From Phoronis australis (lineage: Eukaryota; Animalia; Phoronida): 64,000 nt of DNA. Where the stretch lies: contig NMRA01000088.1 of NCBI GenBank assembly GCA_002633005.1, forward strand, positions 554,186 to 618,185. Direction: 5' to 3'. Below are positions 1 to 11,900 of this stretch, piece by piece. The notes under the pieces are model-generated. The model saw only the letters and a list, made by a program, of their open reading frames with translations. It was not told where the DNA came from and did not search any database. The first letter of the stretch is position 1, and every line of letters starts with the position of its first letter. Both the position numbers and the translations under genes were made by a program.

Positions 1-214
1 TTTGGAACGCCACGGTGAGGCAAAAATTTCTTTTATACCTTGTTGCTACACGTTCTCTTGCGTCACGACTATACGTCATCAAAGTGAACGCAAAACTAAA
101 GATCACCTGCATTGTATTCAAAATATGTCAGGGATTGAAATCCGAAGAAAGATCAGACACGTAGCATTTGCCATTGACTCACACATAGCAGCAATTTGGG
201 AACAAAGTGCTGTT

Positions 215-376
215 CAGGGGCGGATCCAGGATTTTGAGTTGGGGGGGGGGGCAGGACAGAGTATCAGCCATGATTTTGACCGTCAGACATCCGCACTCCC
301 GAACTGCCAAATGGAATATGGGATAATTTTAGGGGGGCCATGGCCTCGTTGCCCCCTCCCCCTAAACCCACCACTG
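215..376 (+). mobile_element. ~160-bp MITE, family M1 (CAGGGGCGGATCC...ATCCGCCACTG)
   Basis: Short TIRs and an exact 5-bp TSD ctgtt/ctgtt; at least 7 copies in the window. Confidence 0.9.
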
Positions 377-2182
377 CTGTTAGAGCAGTGTTGTTACTGT
401 TTCACAGTCAACAAGCCTTCAAGAGACAATTTGGTGATCACGTTGCACAAATAACCTTCCTGAGTATCAGTGTTTCGCGTTTCATGCAAGATCTTAGAAA
501 ATTCGATATAAACACCTTCAAGTATTCATTATCAACTGATTAGAGTGTACATCGTCTTCCATAAAGAAGAAGCCGAATTGTTGAAATACCAGTTATCATC
601 TTGAAGGATTCCCGCTAAGCTATTTTTTAGTTTTTAAAATTTCGATTCGTATGTATCAAATGTACAGCACACAATATAACTAGATCATAACTTACTTTTA
701 TATAATAAAAGAGAAATTTTAATTTGAAAGTAAATTTTGCCAATTTCCTTGTTTCCCGCCCCAAGATACATGTATCATGGTTAGTACACAGGTTTGTGAT
801 CTTACCCAACACAAAATGTGGCTGACGGTCATATGGAAATTGCAACCATAGCGAGCCACACAGCTGTAATTGTTACGGAAACGGTGACAATACAACACAG
901 TAATTGTTGTAAATCAGACATTAATTCCGTGTTTGAAATATTCGTCTTGTATGGTGAGTCTTTTCGATTCCATAACACTTTCAGTTCTTTCGACTAAGGC
1001 TTGCTGGAAGCCCGAGCAATCAAGGTACGAACCCGGGACATTATTATTGAGTCAGAAATGAAAACAATCATGGTGATGATTTAATAACGGAACAACATAC
1101 ACCAAAAATTTTGAAAGAACTCACCCCAGGATTTTTCAATGTCTTATTTTATTACGCGGTAGGAGAGTTGGCAACGAATCTATCCATTCTGCAGGCATTG
1201 TAGGTTTTTGAATTCCCAATAAAGTTGAACTGTAGGCCTAACTGGTTAAAGGAGAATGCCACCCAAAAAACAACCTATTTTGTATCAATTTAGATCGAGT
1301 AGTTCCACTCGATAACAGCAAGTTCAGTTGTTTTACCTGACACCTGACGTCAGACGGAGGTGTTGAAATTAACCAATGACGTAATCGGTTCGTACGCACT
1401 CGTTTCAGCCGTTCACAACACGCTTACTGGTGTCAACTTATCGCTTGAATGCATCGTTTTACACTAATAAATCATCAAAGTTCGATGTGAAACCCTTACA
1501 AATATATTGAGTTCTTGAACAAAAGTATTGTTTTATTTCACTGTTACGGATTCATAGGTATTTGAACGTGCCGTAGCCTACAGAGGGCGGTAGGCCACTT
1601 AACCATGGTCGATCGCGGGAGTTTGGATCTGTTTGGTGATAAATTCGAATCATTCTTCCATGAAATACAGACAGGAGAACATAGCTGTGTGTTGCACTTT
1701 TAGACTTGCAATTTTTTTCAGCTCTAAACACACAAAACGCTTGGTATCCCAACCGGTGTCTCGGAACCCGAACAGACCCGTCCCGGCCGCCGGAACTGGA
1801 CATCACAAACATAAACAAGCTTAGGTTGGAAACTAAACCTCCAGTCACAAAAAGACTACACAGTGAGCCAATGAAATAATGTGCACGTAATTATTTTGGT
1901 GACCCGAAACTGCAAATCTACTTACTTGTCGGGAGCCGCGAAGTCAGGTTCCCTTCCACAGAACCGTCAGGGCAAAAGTTGTACAGTAACAATGATGTGA
2001 ATAATGTATTTGTATATCTAAATAAAGATTACTTTAACATGTGACTATAGAATACAAAATCGAGTTATTGTTTCACAACAGCTTTTTGTCACAAAATACT
2101 GAATTAGCATGCGCTCACACGGCCTCGGAGCCGGTCAAGGTTGCATATGAAACCGGTAACGCCATGGTTTATTCATGGTAAC

Positions 2183-2345
2183 ATGGCAACTCGCAATCCC
2201 GACTTAGACGAGAGTTCATCCGACGAAGACTTCACAGGTGCAGGTGAGGTGGATCATTAAGTTTCACAGGCTCTCAGTTCGAACCGGAATACACTGATCA
2301 AGAAATACTAGAGAGGCGCCGTTCACAGGCAACGGGACGTATGGA
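2183..2345 (+). pseudogene. Possible remnant of a Kolobok accessory gene (acidic N-terminus plus QFEPEY motif)
   Basis: ATG at 2183 gives MATRNPDLDESSSDEDF..., and after a stop and frameshift the frame reads QFEPEYTDQEILERRR. This resembles the acidic/FEPE N-termini of Kolobok-associated proteins (recalled from memory, unverified). Confidence 0.4.
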
Positions 2346-2416
2346 TAGTTCTTTGGTAAGCCCGCATTCGTTAGACTCACTCTCCACGAAATGCCGGCGA
2401 CAGACAGGGAGATGTT

Positions 2417-2575
2417 TCAAGGCCTCATCTTTCTATTAACAGCGTACTTTTCATTCTTCAATACCGCGAGCCACTTCCTAAGCATTTCGGGCTCTCGAGG
2501 AAGTCGAAAAAAACATATACCCGCTTTCCTCGCAGCTTCATAGTTCGGACAAGCGGGAACGATGCACCGCAACAT
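2417..2575 (-). pseudogene. Truncated THAP zinc-finger domain (transposase N-terminus)
   Basis: MLRCIVPACPNYEAARKAGICFFRLPREPEMLRKWLAVLK fits the THAP pattern C-x2-4-C...FF.LP......W. It stops before the CxxHF motif. Confidence 0.85.
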
Positions 2576-2799
2576 AGCGGCATTCACTCTGCAATGAACC
2601 ACCGACGTCGCTGCGTCTTTTGTTGCCTTCCTCACAGGTGAACGCGACACCTCTCGGCAAAGTAAGGTCGACCGTATGCGAGGCGATGTGGATATAGGCC
2701 GATTAAGACAGTAAAAAAAAAATTAAATCGGGTGGCATTCTCCTTTAAGTAAACACAAATGTAAATTTTCACACATCGTAGTAACAACTGCGCGCCGCC

Positions 2800-3678
2800 T
2801 TTTAGGTAGTCAAGGAAATTCGACACAATTTGCCTAAAACAGTAGTTTTACGACAGTGACTAACTTATAAATTCGCTTCGCAGTTAGCGCATATAAAAAA
2901 CATTGTAATATGTATTTATGTCAAACAAAAGGTTATTCAATTTCAAAAATGTTCATTTTGTGTGGAGTTTTTGTTATTTTGGCCTTCAACAATAGCGCGC
3001 AACATCACTGAAATTTCACAATGACGTCACACTAAACAATAGGCAAACCTAAGTGTGGACATTAGGTGTGACGTAATTCAAACAGCAATTTTGAATTTGT
3101 TAAAGAAGAGATTTGTTGTCAACTAAACTCATTTCACAATACCAACAATATAATATAATCGTCATATTGCGAAATGCAGCGGGGCAATCGGAATCGTAAA
3201 ATTGGCGCTCAACTTTGGCATTGTTAATTGATGCTGCTCGAACTAATATAGCCAAAAACGAAATCATAATTAATTTTTATTCTTATTTCATAGAAACAAG
3301 ATGGGCATCAACACATAAGATAAAAAATAACGATGTAACTTCTTGTGTAGAAGCCAAAACGTTGATATTTTAGGTACTAGAATCCAGAAAAAAACGTTCA
3401 AATAAGCCGACATAAGAAAGCCAGTAGACCGGGAAATAAAATTAAAGCGGCTAAAACATAAAACTGCCACCGAACAACGAAATTTAACCCATTTCCAAAA
3501 GGATTTCAATAATCAATTTAATTCAAATTTTGAACAGAGGTGCCTTTACTTAGGCGGCTGTGACAAAAAAACTAATTCAGTGACCCCGAACATTTTTGCA
3601 GAATTGTAGTAGGCAATGACCAAAATACAAAATATGAAAACTAAAAATCAACGAAAAATTGATACCGTGAAGAACCCC
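2800..3678 (+). mobile_element. Non-autonomous TTAA-ended (Kolobok-like) element, copy A
   Basis: Ends gaacccc-ttaa at 3678-3682. Colinear with the reverse complement of ~4916-5770 (e.g. ttacgacagtgactaactta vs ttaagttagtcattgtcgtaa; gtgacgtaattcaaac vs gtttgaattacgtcac). Left boundary approximate. Confidence 0.65.
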
Positions 3679-3998
3679 TTAATCGACTTATAACCTTGCT
3701 GATTTACTCAAATCAAGATTTCAAAGCGTGCAATATCTTTCCGAATTTCGTATTGCAGTTGCTGACCGCAAATATTCTGGGCGAGTGACGAATTAATGCA
3801 ACAGTCGCGCAGGAAACACCCTGAAAATATTGATAATCGGGTAAATTTACGAGTAAGGTAAGTAGTATAAATAAAATCATAATTATCAATTGTGACTGGC
3901 CACTTGGCAATATTTTTCATGCCAGATATTATAAGAAAATGTCGTGCTTTCTTGTTTGCAAACACTTAAATGTGATGGTCAGCTGGAGAAAACTCTGA

Positions 3999-4283
3999 CC
4001 AGGGGTATGTCTCGTGAAAGGTTACTCAAGACTCAGAAATTAGGTCGTGCGCACCACACGCTATTTCTGAAAAAATAATTAATTCTCCCTAAAGTAAAAG
4101 TGCTAGGTCTCTGAGAATAAACACATGGCTGCTAGTTACTGAGATAATCTCTATATATTATTTCTAGAGTGTGGTGCACTCACAATTATTTAGCTAAACC
4201 CTTTTTCAGCAATTGCCAAGTGGAAGCGTAAGGTCAAATTTCAGTTTTTAGTCTTAAGTCACTTACGAGAAACACATCCCCGA
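3999..4283. mobile_element. Degenerate MITE
   Basis: ggggtatgtctcgtgaaaggttactcaagact vs agtcttaagtcacttacgagaaacacatcccc form an imperfect inverted repeat. Confidence 0.55.
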
Positions 4284-4915
4284 TATCATAGTAAGATCAT
4301 ACACGCTAGTGTTGGTTTACGAAATGAATAGCATCAGGCTTGTGGGGCACTTTTGTCTCTCTCACTCGAGATATCGATTATTCCTAAGACAGCTTCTAAA
4401 TCGAAAACTGACGACAAGAACTTAGCAAAGGACAGTGATAAATTGATGTAATATACCAGGAGAAATTATTAACACGTGAATGGGCTTAATTGAAACACAT
4501 GATGTCGAGCAGGTGAATTGGGATATTACGTAACAACCTTGTGCACAAGTAGTCTAGCAAATCCACGACTCCAGAGGGCGTAACCTACAAAAGAATTGCA
4601 AGAGAAACCTTTATGAAGAAAAAAAAAACGATTAGCGAAAGATGTTTTTTTCAAGATGGCGAACAAAATGGCCGTCAAAACGTTGTTCTGCCAAGTTACC
4701 TTCATGCAACAGCTGGAAATACATTAAAAAGGCAGGCCATTGACACTTCTCACATTCGATAAAATGCGCGAAATCTACATTTGAAACCCAACGTGGCCGG
4801 CAAAATGGCGAATGATGACATTTCGGTGTTACACGGTGTCCTTATAAAACTTTGCCTTGGAAATGGTAGATTTATATGTTTGTCTAAGGTAGACAACATC
4901 TGGAGGTTAGTTTAA

Positions 4916-6719
4916 AGGGGATCGATACAGTTTTAAGTTATCGTTGACTCTTTTCAAATTTTCATGATTGATATTTTGTATTTTTCCTGCTACAAATCTG
5001 GAAAAAAATGTAGGGGTCACTGAATTAGTTTTTCCATTACAGCCGACAAAACAAAAATGGGAAATTTACATGTACAACTGAAAAGCCTTTTCCAATTAAA
5101 TTACTGATTGAAATACTTTTGAAAATGAATAAATTTCGTTGTATAATTACGGAAAATTTAATCATATTTCCCGGCATGCTGTTTTTCTTACACCGGCGTA
5201 AGTAACGGTTTTACAACTTTTTTCTGAATTTCGAGTTCCTCAAATTTTAATGTTTTCGCTTTTACTTAATCAGTTACATTGCTATTTTTTATTTTATGTT
5301 TTATTTTGATGCCATCGTGTTTTCTATGGAATAATAAAAATTAAAAGGGTCACGGACTTTTTGAGCCATTTTATGTAAATAACGCGCCAAATTCAAGATT
5401 ACGATAACCCGCTGTATGTAACTCAATGGCGGTTATGGCATGCTGTTGGGATTGTGAAATGTGTTTCTTTAATATATACAATCCAAGACAAAAAATTTCT
5501 TCTCTAATAAATTCAAATTTGCCGTTTGAATTACGTCACACCCAATGACTAAACTTGGATTTCCGTATTGTATAGAAAGACGTCATTGTGAAAATTAATG
5601 TCGCGCGTTATTATTGAACGACAAGAAAGAAAGAGAAATACAAAAACAACACTTTTCAAATTGAACAGTGTTAAATTTTGATAAAGTCACATTCAAATGT
5701 TTAAGTTAGTCATTGTCGTAACAGAACGACTACTTTACGGTTTTTGGCAAACTTGTGCCGATCCACCTGAAGAATTTAGCTAATCTACATTATAAGTTAG
5801 TGTTTTTCCGAATTGTCAAACATCACATTTGGCTCTGCTTCCACTCGCCGTTCTATTTGGCCTAAAGGAGCAACGTTTGAGTTATTTGAAAAGAATGAAG
5901 CATACCGTCCACACGCCCAACTCAGCTGTTGCTTTTGACATCTCTCGTATTCGAGATTGGGTGTTGTTGACAGTGAGGTTATCTTCAGCGGCGACATAAA
6001 GAGCAGGTAAGAGAACAAACATTTTCTGGCAAACAGCAAAAACGAGTCTTGTTGGGTTTTAGTTTGCTACGAAATGCCGGTTGCACGTAGGTACACACCC
6101 AAAGTGACGCAGCCGATTTAGTATTAAGTAATAGCAACAGAAGGCGCAGCCAACGTATCAATTACTATACGGCAGATGATACACATTTGTTGGTTCTCTT
6201 GAGTTACCGTGCAACAGCTACATGAAATCTGACAAGAGGCAGACAGCAAAGCAAGGCAGTGGAAATTATTTTGAGGCGTTGAATTAATTAGTTGTTGAAA
6301 AATGATTTATGAACGAATTCAACCGAATTTGTAAGTTAGCAATATAATTTTCGAAAATGATACTCGCCAGGCAGTGCACACAGCGTCTGCTGTGGCTTCA
6401 GCTTAATGAATTATCAACCAGCATGCTCGCAGGTACTTCTCAACTCGTTATTTCCATGGCTATACAATCATGGACAGCAATACGAACACAGAGGCTATTT
6501 GGCGTAAAGAACTCTGAGATATGCGGTGCAGGCATTCTCTAAATTCAATGCTTCATACACGCCATAAGAAACTGCTAGCATTTACACGTTTAAGTTTTTG
6601 ACGAAACTAAAAATCCGATGCAGACGTGGAAGTAAGGAACAAGGGACACAAAATACGTGTAGAAAATCAAATCTGCGATGTCTTTGCATTTACCAAGAAT
6701 CATACCTAGAATCACCCCT
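4916..6719 (-). mobile_element. Non-autonomous TTAA-ended (Kolobok-like) element, copy B, inverted relative to copy A
   Basis: Starts ttaa-aggggatc at 4912-4923 and probably ends gaatcacccct at ~6719. Degenerate THAP-like codons on the minus strand near 6100-5890 (GCVPTCN; TVCFILF resembling VCSxHF). Confidence 0.55.
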
Positions 6720-8018
6720 TCGTGGTTGTTTTTGCACCATTTGTTAGCGGTTTGTATAAAAGCAACAGTATGGGCGGAACTGGTATTATGATCTACTTTA
6801 TACGCTTACGCGCATGGGAAAACGTTGAACGTCCTCCAGTACATTGGTTAAGTACGACGAATAAATTAGTGCTGTGGATTCTTAAGTGCAATCGATTGTT
6901 CCTCAAAGTGAAAATACACTGTGGATTCATCGGCGTCAAAGAAACGCGAGACATGACATTTTCAATAAAAGATGGCGCTCGGGGATAAGTCAAAAACCTA
7001 TAATGATTTTGATCACATTTTCTACTATTTCTTGCTAGAGTTAAAAAAACCAGTATGATCGTCGACTCGTTAGGGGGCTTCCAGGCGGTTTACTTCAACA
7101 GATTTCAATGCGAACGAAGGATAAAAACGTGGCGACGTAGCTTTAGACAAGCTAGTATGATATGTGAAGAAAGCTGATGTTTCAAAACCGGAAAAGGGAT
7201 TGCAACGTTAAAGGAGCTTTGACAAAACGAACATTTCACCAGCAAGTAAATTTGGCCAGCACAATTTATCCTTCCCGTTACAAATTAAAAGGCATTGTGC
7301 TGTGCGTCTCAGAAATAGTCTTCGCCTGTGTTCCATGGACGTAATGTGCTATCGACTTAAGCTACTTTGACCGCTTGCTTCGCTTGTAAAGCATGATGGT
7401 AACTCGTAAACACTTGCTGGTTCTTTCGTTTTCGCGAAGATAAAACAGAACAAACAGTTGTTGCACAAGTCCCCAAATAAGGTGAAAAGTTAGGGAACAT
7501 AACTGGGCCCTATTTGGGACTGTTTCATGCATCAGTGTACATTTCCGAGTTATGTTAGTGTTAGTGTTGTTTCAAAAGTCAAAATTAAGAGATTTTTTGC
7601 ACATTATAGTTTGAAATTTCTAGATCCTCAAAAGACAATAGTAGCTTCATTAACATGCCCGCTGGACAGAAATGGGCAACAATCTTCGAAACTGGCTTGT
7701 GGCAAGTTCCCAAGACAAAAATACATTCCTTCGCAAATTGGCCCAAGTAAAGAACAATTCTCACTTATGATATTATCTTACTTGAGCAACGGTGATCGCT
7801 CATAGTGTTTGCGAATGGAGCATTATACGTACCGAACCAGGTTTGTGTGAAATCACAAAAACAGCATTAAGTATTCTTTAAATTGAAATAAAGCCGACGT
7901 GATATCGTCAAGAACTTTTTCGCATGCTGTTACCAAACATCACTGACAATGAAGAGTGACAGGACGCCATGCCTATAACATGTTGCTGCGCGAACGATAG
8001 ACAAATAAAAGTAGTTTG

Positions 8019-8177
8019 CAGTGGCGGATTTTGAGGGAGGCCAAGGGGGCCATGGCCCACCCTAAAATTTTCTCAGATTCTATTTGGCAGTTCGGGCGTG
8101 CGAATATCAGATGGGCAAAATCCTGGCTAATACTCTACCCTGGCCGCCCCTAACTCAAAATCCTGGATCCGTCCCTG
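8019..8177 (-). mobile_element. MITE family M1 copy
   Basis: Reverse-complement copy of 215-376; TSD degenerate (gtttg/ttttt). Confidence 0.88.
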
Positions 8178-8531
8178 TTTTTTAACTAAATTTTGTTAGT
8201 CTTGCAGAGAGAAATAGGTCCATATATCTGAGATTTCATGCCTCGACAAATACTGCACAAGGAACAGTTATAAACACAAATGAAAAAACACAAACAGGGA
8301 AATTCTACTGATGATTAGGTCATTATAGGGCGATCACCCTTGACATGCTCTAGGGGGCTTCCGGCTAGGAGGGGTCTACTGGTCACGTGGCCAGGGCTGG
8401 AGACTGATACACTTTGCTGGGGATACTAGACCTACTGAAATCTTGACAGCAGGCTATACAATGTTCCATGGCGTGTGAATGCCCACGAACGTGAAGTCGT
8501 TCCCTTATCTGAAACTTATTGATCCCACGTG

Positions 8532-8806
8532 GCTAGCGGTGCGTTCCGTAGACCAATTTTCTCACTACAGAACACGCAAAACTACGCGAGTGAAAGCGTA
8601 GTGTATCGTGAGTGTGCTCGAGACCTGGCAAGCGCAACCTAACAAAATAATGATCACTGAAATGATTGGTCAGTGAGGTTGGGATTTTGAATTGTGTCAC
8701 ATAATTGATGAATTGTGGGATAGAACTCAACGTTTCCGTTCGGTAATATAATGTTTCTTGTCGCACGTGCATGGCTAATATCTTGAGTCTACGGAACGCA
8801 GCCCAG
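8532..8806. mobile_element. MITE with tgcgttccgtagac TIR
   Basis: gtgcgttccgtagac (8539-8553) and gtctacggaacgcag (8788-8802) are inverted. Confidence 0.6.
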
Positions 8807-11488
8807 GGCCCCAATCAAAGTCCTCACCTCGGTTAGTCTTCTCACCGGAAGCACACGGTTGCGCGAATGAAATCTTTTGTTCGGTGTATCCACGACGTGG
8901 ACTGCTCTGGTGGTAGGACTCTCTGAATAACAATAATATCCGAAGTACCGAGTTGTGATCGTCGATTCATACACCAGAGAGGTCGGCCGCCTAATCGTCG
9001 ACGCTTCAATCTTTTCTACAGCGCACGTAGGCATTGACTCAAAGACGTAGAACGGTCATGGACGACAAAGGTTCTTGATTTTCTGAGCAATATCGTTGTA
9101 GCAAATAGAATTTCTTTGATCCCTCCAAACGGTTCAAATGCAAGGAAAGTAATCCCAGAATGTGCTCGTGAAGCTCATGAACTACTTGTCACGAGACAGA
9201 ACGATACACACCTAGTTCCCATCGTGTACTATCGTTTTTGTCGACCTCTCTCTCTGACAGCTTCTTCTGAAATGAAATGGTGACAATGTAAGTAGATCAT
9301 TTTTCCTCTAGGCAAAATCATTAATAATCTACAACGCGCAATTTTCTAGCCCTGCTACCGGCTACGGGTATATTGAATATTCATTGCTGTTCCGAAGGAG
9401 TTTTTCCTTGGAGGAGCTGGGTAATTAATTAGTGCCCGCCATTCAGCTCAAGTGGGCGAGTCGTGAACTGGATAGTGGACATAATTCACAGTGAGGCAGG
9501 GATCAATACAACAAACAACATTAACTCTTGCTTCCCTCGGATCAATAAAATTTCAAACATCTCTAAATTATTTTTGTTGAAATTATGCCATTTTAAGCCA
9601 TGCATTTTATCAGTGCAAACAAAGCGAGAACACTAGCGACGGTGCACTGTTGTTAGTACGTACTACAACGTTATTTCTAAATCGTAAAAAACAAGCCTGC
9701 GTGTGTGTCGGAAATCAGTCTAAAAATGGATGCATTGGCAAAGCACCAAAGCCAATGTTTGAATTATCACGGTTGTTTTGGTCAATCGCCCATAGTCATA
9801 ATAGGCTGAACATTCACTAGGTGGCGCTAATAATACAACGGCCCTCTTGTGCACACAGTTTATTACTATTTTCACCAATGAGTTGTTCAAACTAAACACT
9901 AATGGGGTAATATCACAACCGCATTGTCAAAAATTTAAAGCTAGCTTCGACATGGTTCCGCCCACTTTTGCCGGTTTTCTGAAAAACAAAACTTCTAATG
10001 TAGTCGTGCATGCGACTTAAATTCCTGACACTAGTTTCAGGAGGCAAGGCGAAAAATGGCATGACTGGTTCTTATCTGCGCATCTGCGCCCGACCGTTTG
10101 AAACCTGTAGATCACTGTTTAAAGTAAAAAGGATTCCCATCTATTTAAGCAAAATGAGGTGACCTTTTCTTTTCCAAAATGTTGACGACTAAATGAAATA
10201 CCGCATCAGCGCATCAATTTTTAAAACAACCAGAAACAACTGTGCTATTCTCGTTGGCCTGAAGCGTGCAGCATACCACGCGATAGGTGGCCTTAAGCGC
10301 GCAATCGGCTTCGTGCAAGCCGAAAATTCAGCCAAGTTCCTGACTGGATTAACTTCCTTGTTTGGAATGTCACGTAAATCGACTAGTCTGCTTGGCGATC
10401 GCATTTAAAAAGACTGTAGAGATTACAAGAAACACCGTTTTTCATTTAGTTACTTTATACTACAGAATGAAATATTCAAATATCCTATGAGCAGTATAAA
10501 ACGAAGGCAAGCGTACCGTCTGCTGGATGTTGTTTGTATCAGTGCTGAGCGTAAGTACGAACTACCAACGGCGCAGTGTACATAAAAGCAGAGCGTGCAA
10601 TTTGTTGCCACAACTGAGCGGTCATCAACGTACAGGAGAATAAAACACAAAAGCGCGACAGAGATAAGGAGAACAATCTGTGCCCTGGTTGAGAGGTCCA
10701 GCCTTTGTTGCTAAAGTTTCTCGCGGATCTCATTGTTATTATCATTCATGAGTCATAAGAGATCTGAGCCGTCTAGTCTTTAGGTACTAGTCTAAATAAG
10801 TGGATGGTTGAGTTCAGTCGCTTAAAACCTAGGTTTCACCAGTCGCTCGCTATTTTATTTCGTTTTATTTTCTGGTCCCATAGAGTGCACAGTAAAATCA
10901 GGGCAGAGTTCAGTAAACGTCTTGCGGCTAAAAAACTCTAGCCAAAATCACGTGTTCTCTTTTCACATACACTGCAACATGTCACGTAATCTCGCGGAGT
11001 CTTGCTTTTTAGCCAGTTCTTAGCGTAGGTCCTAGCGTTACTGAAATCTACCTAGCTTGTTTACTTAATGTCAGTGCGCACGCGCAGCGTACGATGACTC
11101 GAAACCTTAGATCTGTGTATCGTATAATTCTTAGAGAGACCAAACATTGAGTTACGATTACAACTATAATAAATTCTACAGGCAACCAATATCCCACAAA
11201 TGCCCCATTAGATGACGGTGAGCAGTTTCCTGGACTGTGTTCCGTAAACCCAAGACAATAGGTATTCACTTGCGGCGACAAATCTTCACTTATGGAACGC
11301 AAGCAGTGAATTCTATCGCATAATTAAACTTGAGAATTCTATAGCATAATTCAACATTGCAACCTTACAGACCAATCACTTCAATGACAGCTAGCTCGAG
11401 TATAGTCGCGAATCGCTTTGGCAAGGTTCCCTAGCGCTACCTAGTGAATGTGGAATGCACCATGGTCGCCAGCTGCATGAGCCACTAC

Positions 11489-11900
11489 CAAGTTACCTAA
11501 ACTACACGGTCAACGGACTCAGTCATAAACACGACTCACGGACCTGCAAACACCGTCCACTGACTCACAAACACGGGAACGGACTCACAAAACACGATCC
11601 ACGCACCCAAATACACGGCACACGGACTCGTGTTCACGAGGAAACACGGTTTACGGACAAAATGAAGATGTCATCTTACCCAGGAAGCCGAGGAGTCCGT
11701 GACCCGTGTTTGGCGGGCGTAAACCGTGTTTCCTCGTGAATATGATTCCGTGTCCCGTGTATTTGGGTGCGTGGATCGTGTTTTTTGAGTCCGTTCCCGT
11801 GTTTGTGAGTCAGTGGACTGTGTTTGCAGGTCCGTGAGTCGTGTTCATGCGTCCGTGCCCGTGTTTATGAGTCCGTTGACAGTGTAGTTTAGGTACCTTG
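11489..11900. mobile_element. Foldback (long-TIR) MITE with modular cacgg/actca subrepeats; decayed relative at ~28981-29225
   Basis: Arms ~11489-11657 and ~11718-11900 are near-exact reverse complements; flanks actac/actat. Confidence 0.88.

Larger units (their letters stand above)
1250..2744. mobile_element. Kolobok-like non-autonomous DNA transposon (~1.5 kb)
   Basis: Perfect 15-bp TIRs aggagaatgccaccc (1250-1264) and gggtggcattctcct (2730-2744), with TTAA on both sides (1246-1249, 2745-2748) and an internal THAP fragment. TTAA TSD, RR..YY ends and THAP are Kolobok hallmarks. Confidence 0.85.

Noticed and set aside
2-454. 150-aa ORF at the window start
   Set aside because: It runs through an M1 MITE (the QGRIQDFELG peptide recurs at other M1 copies) and has no recognisable domain.
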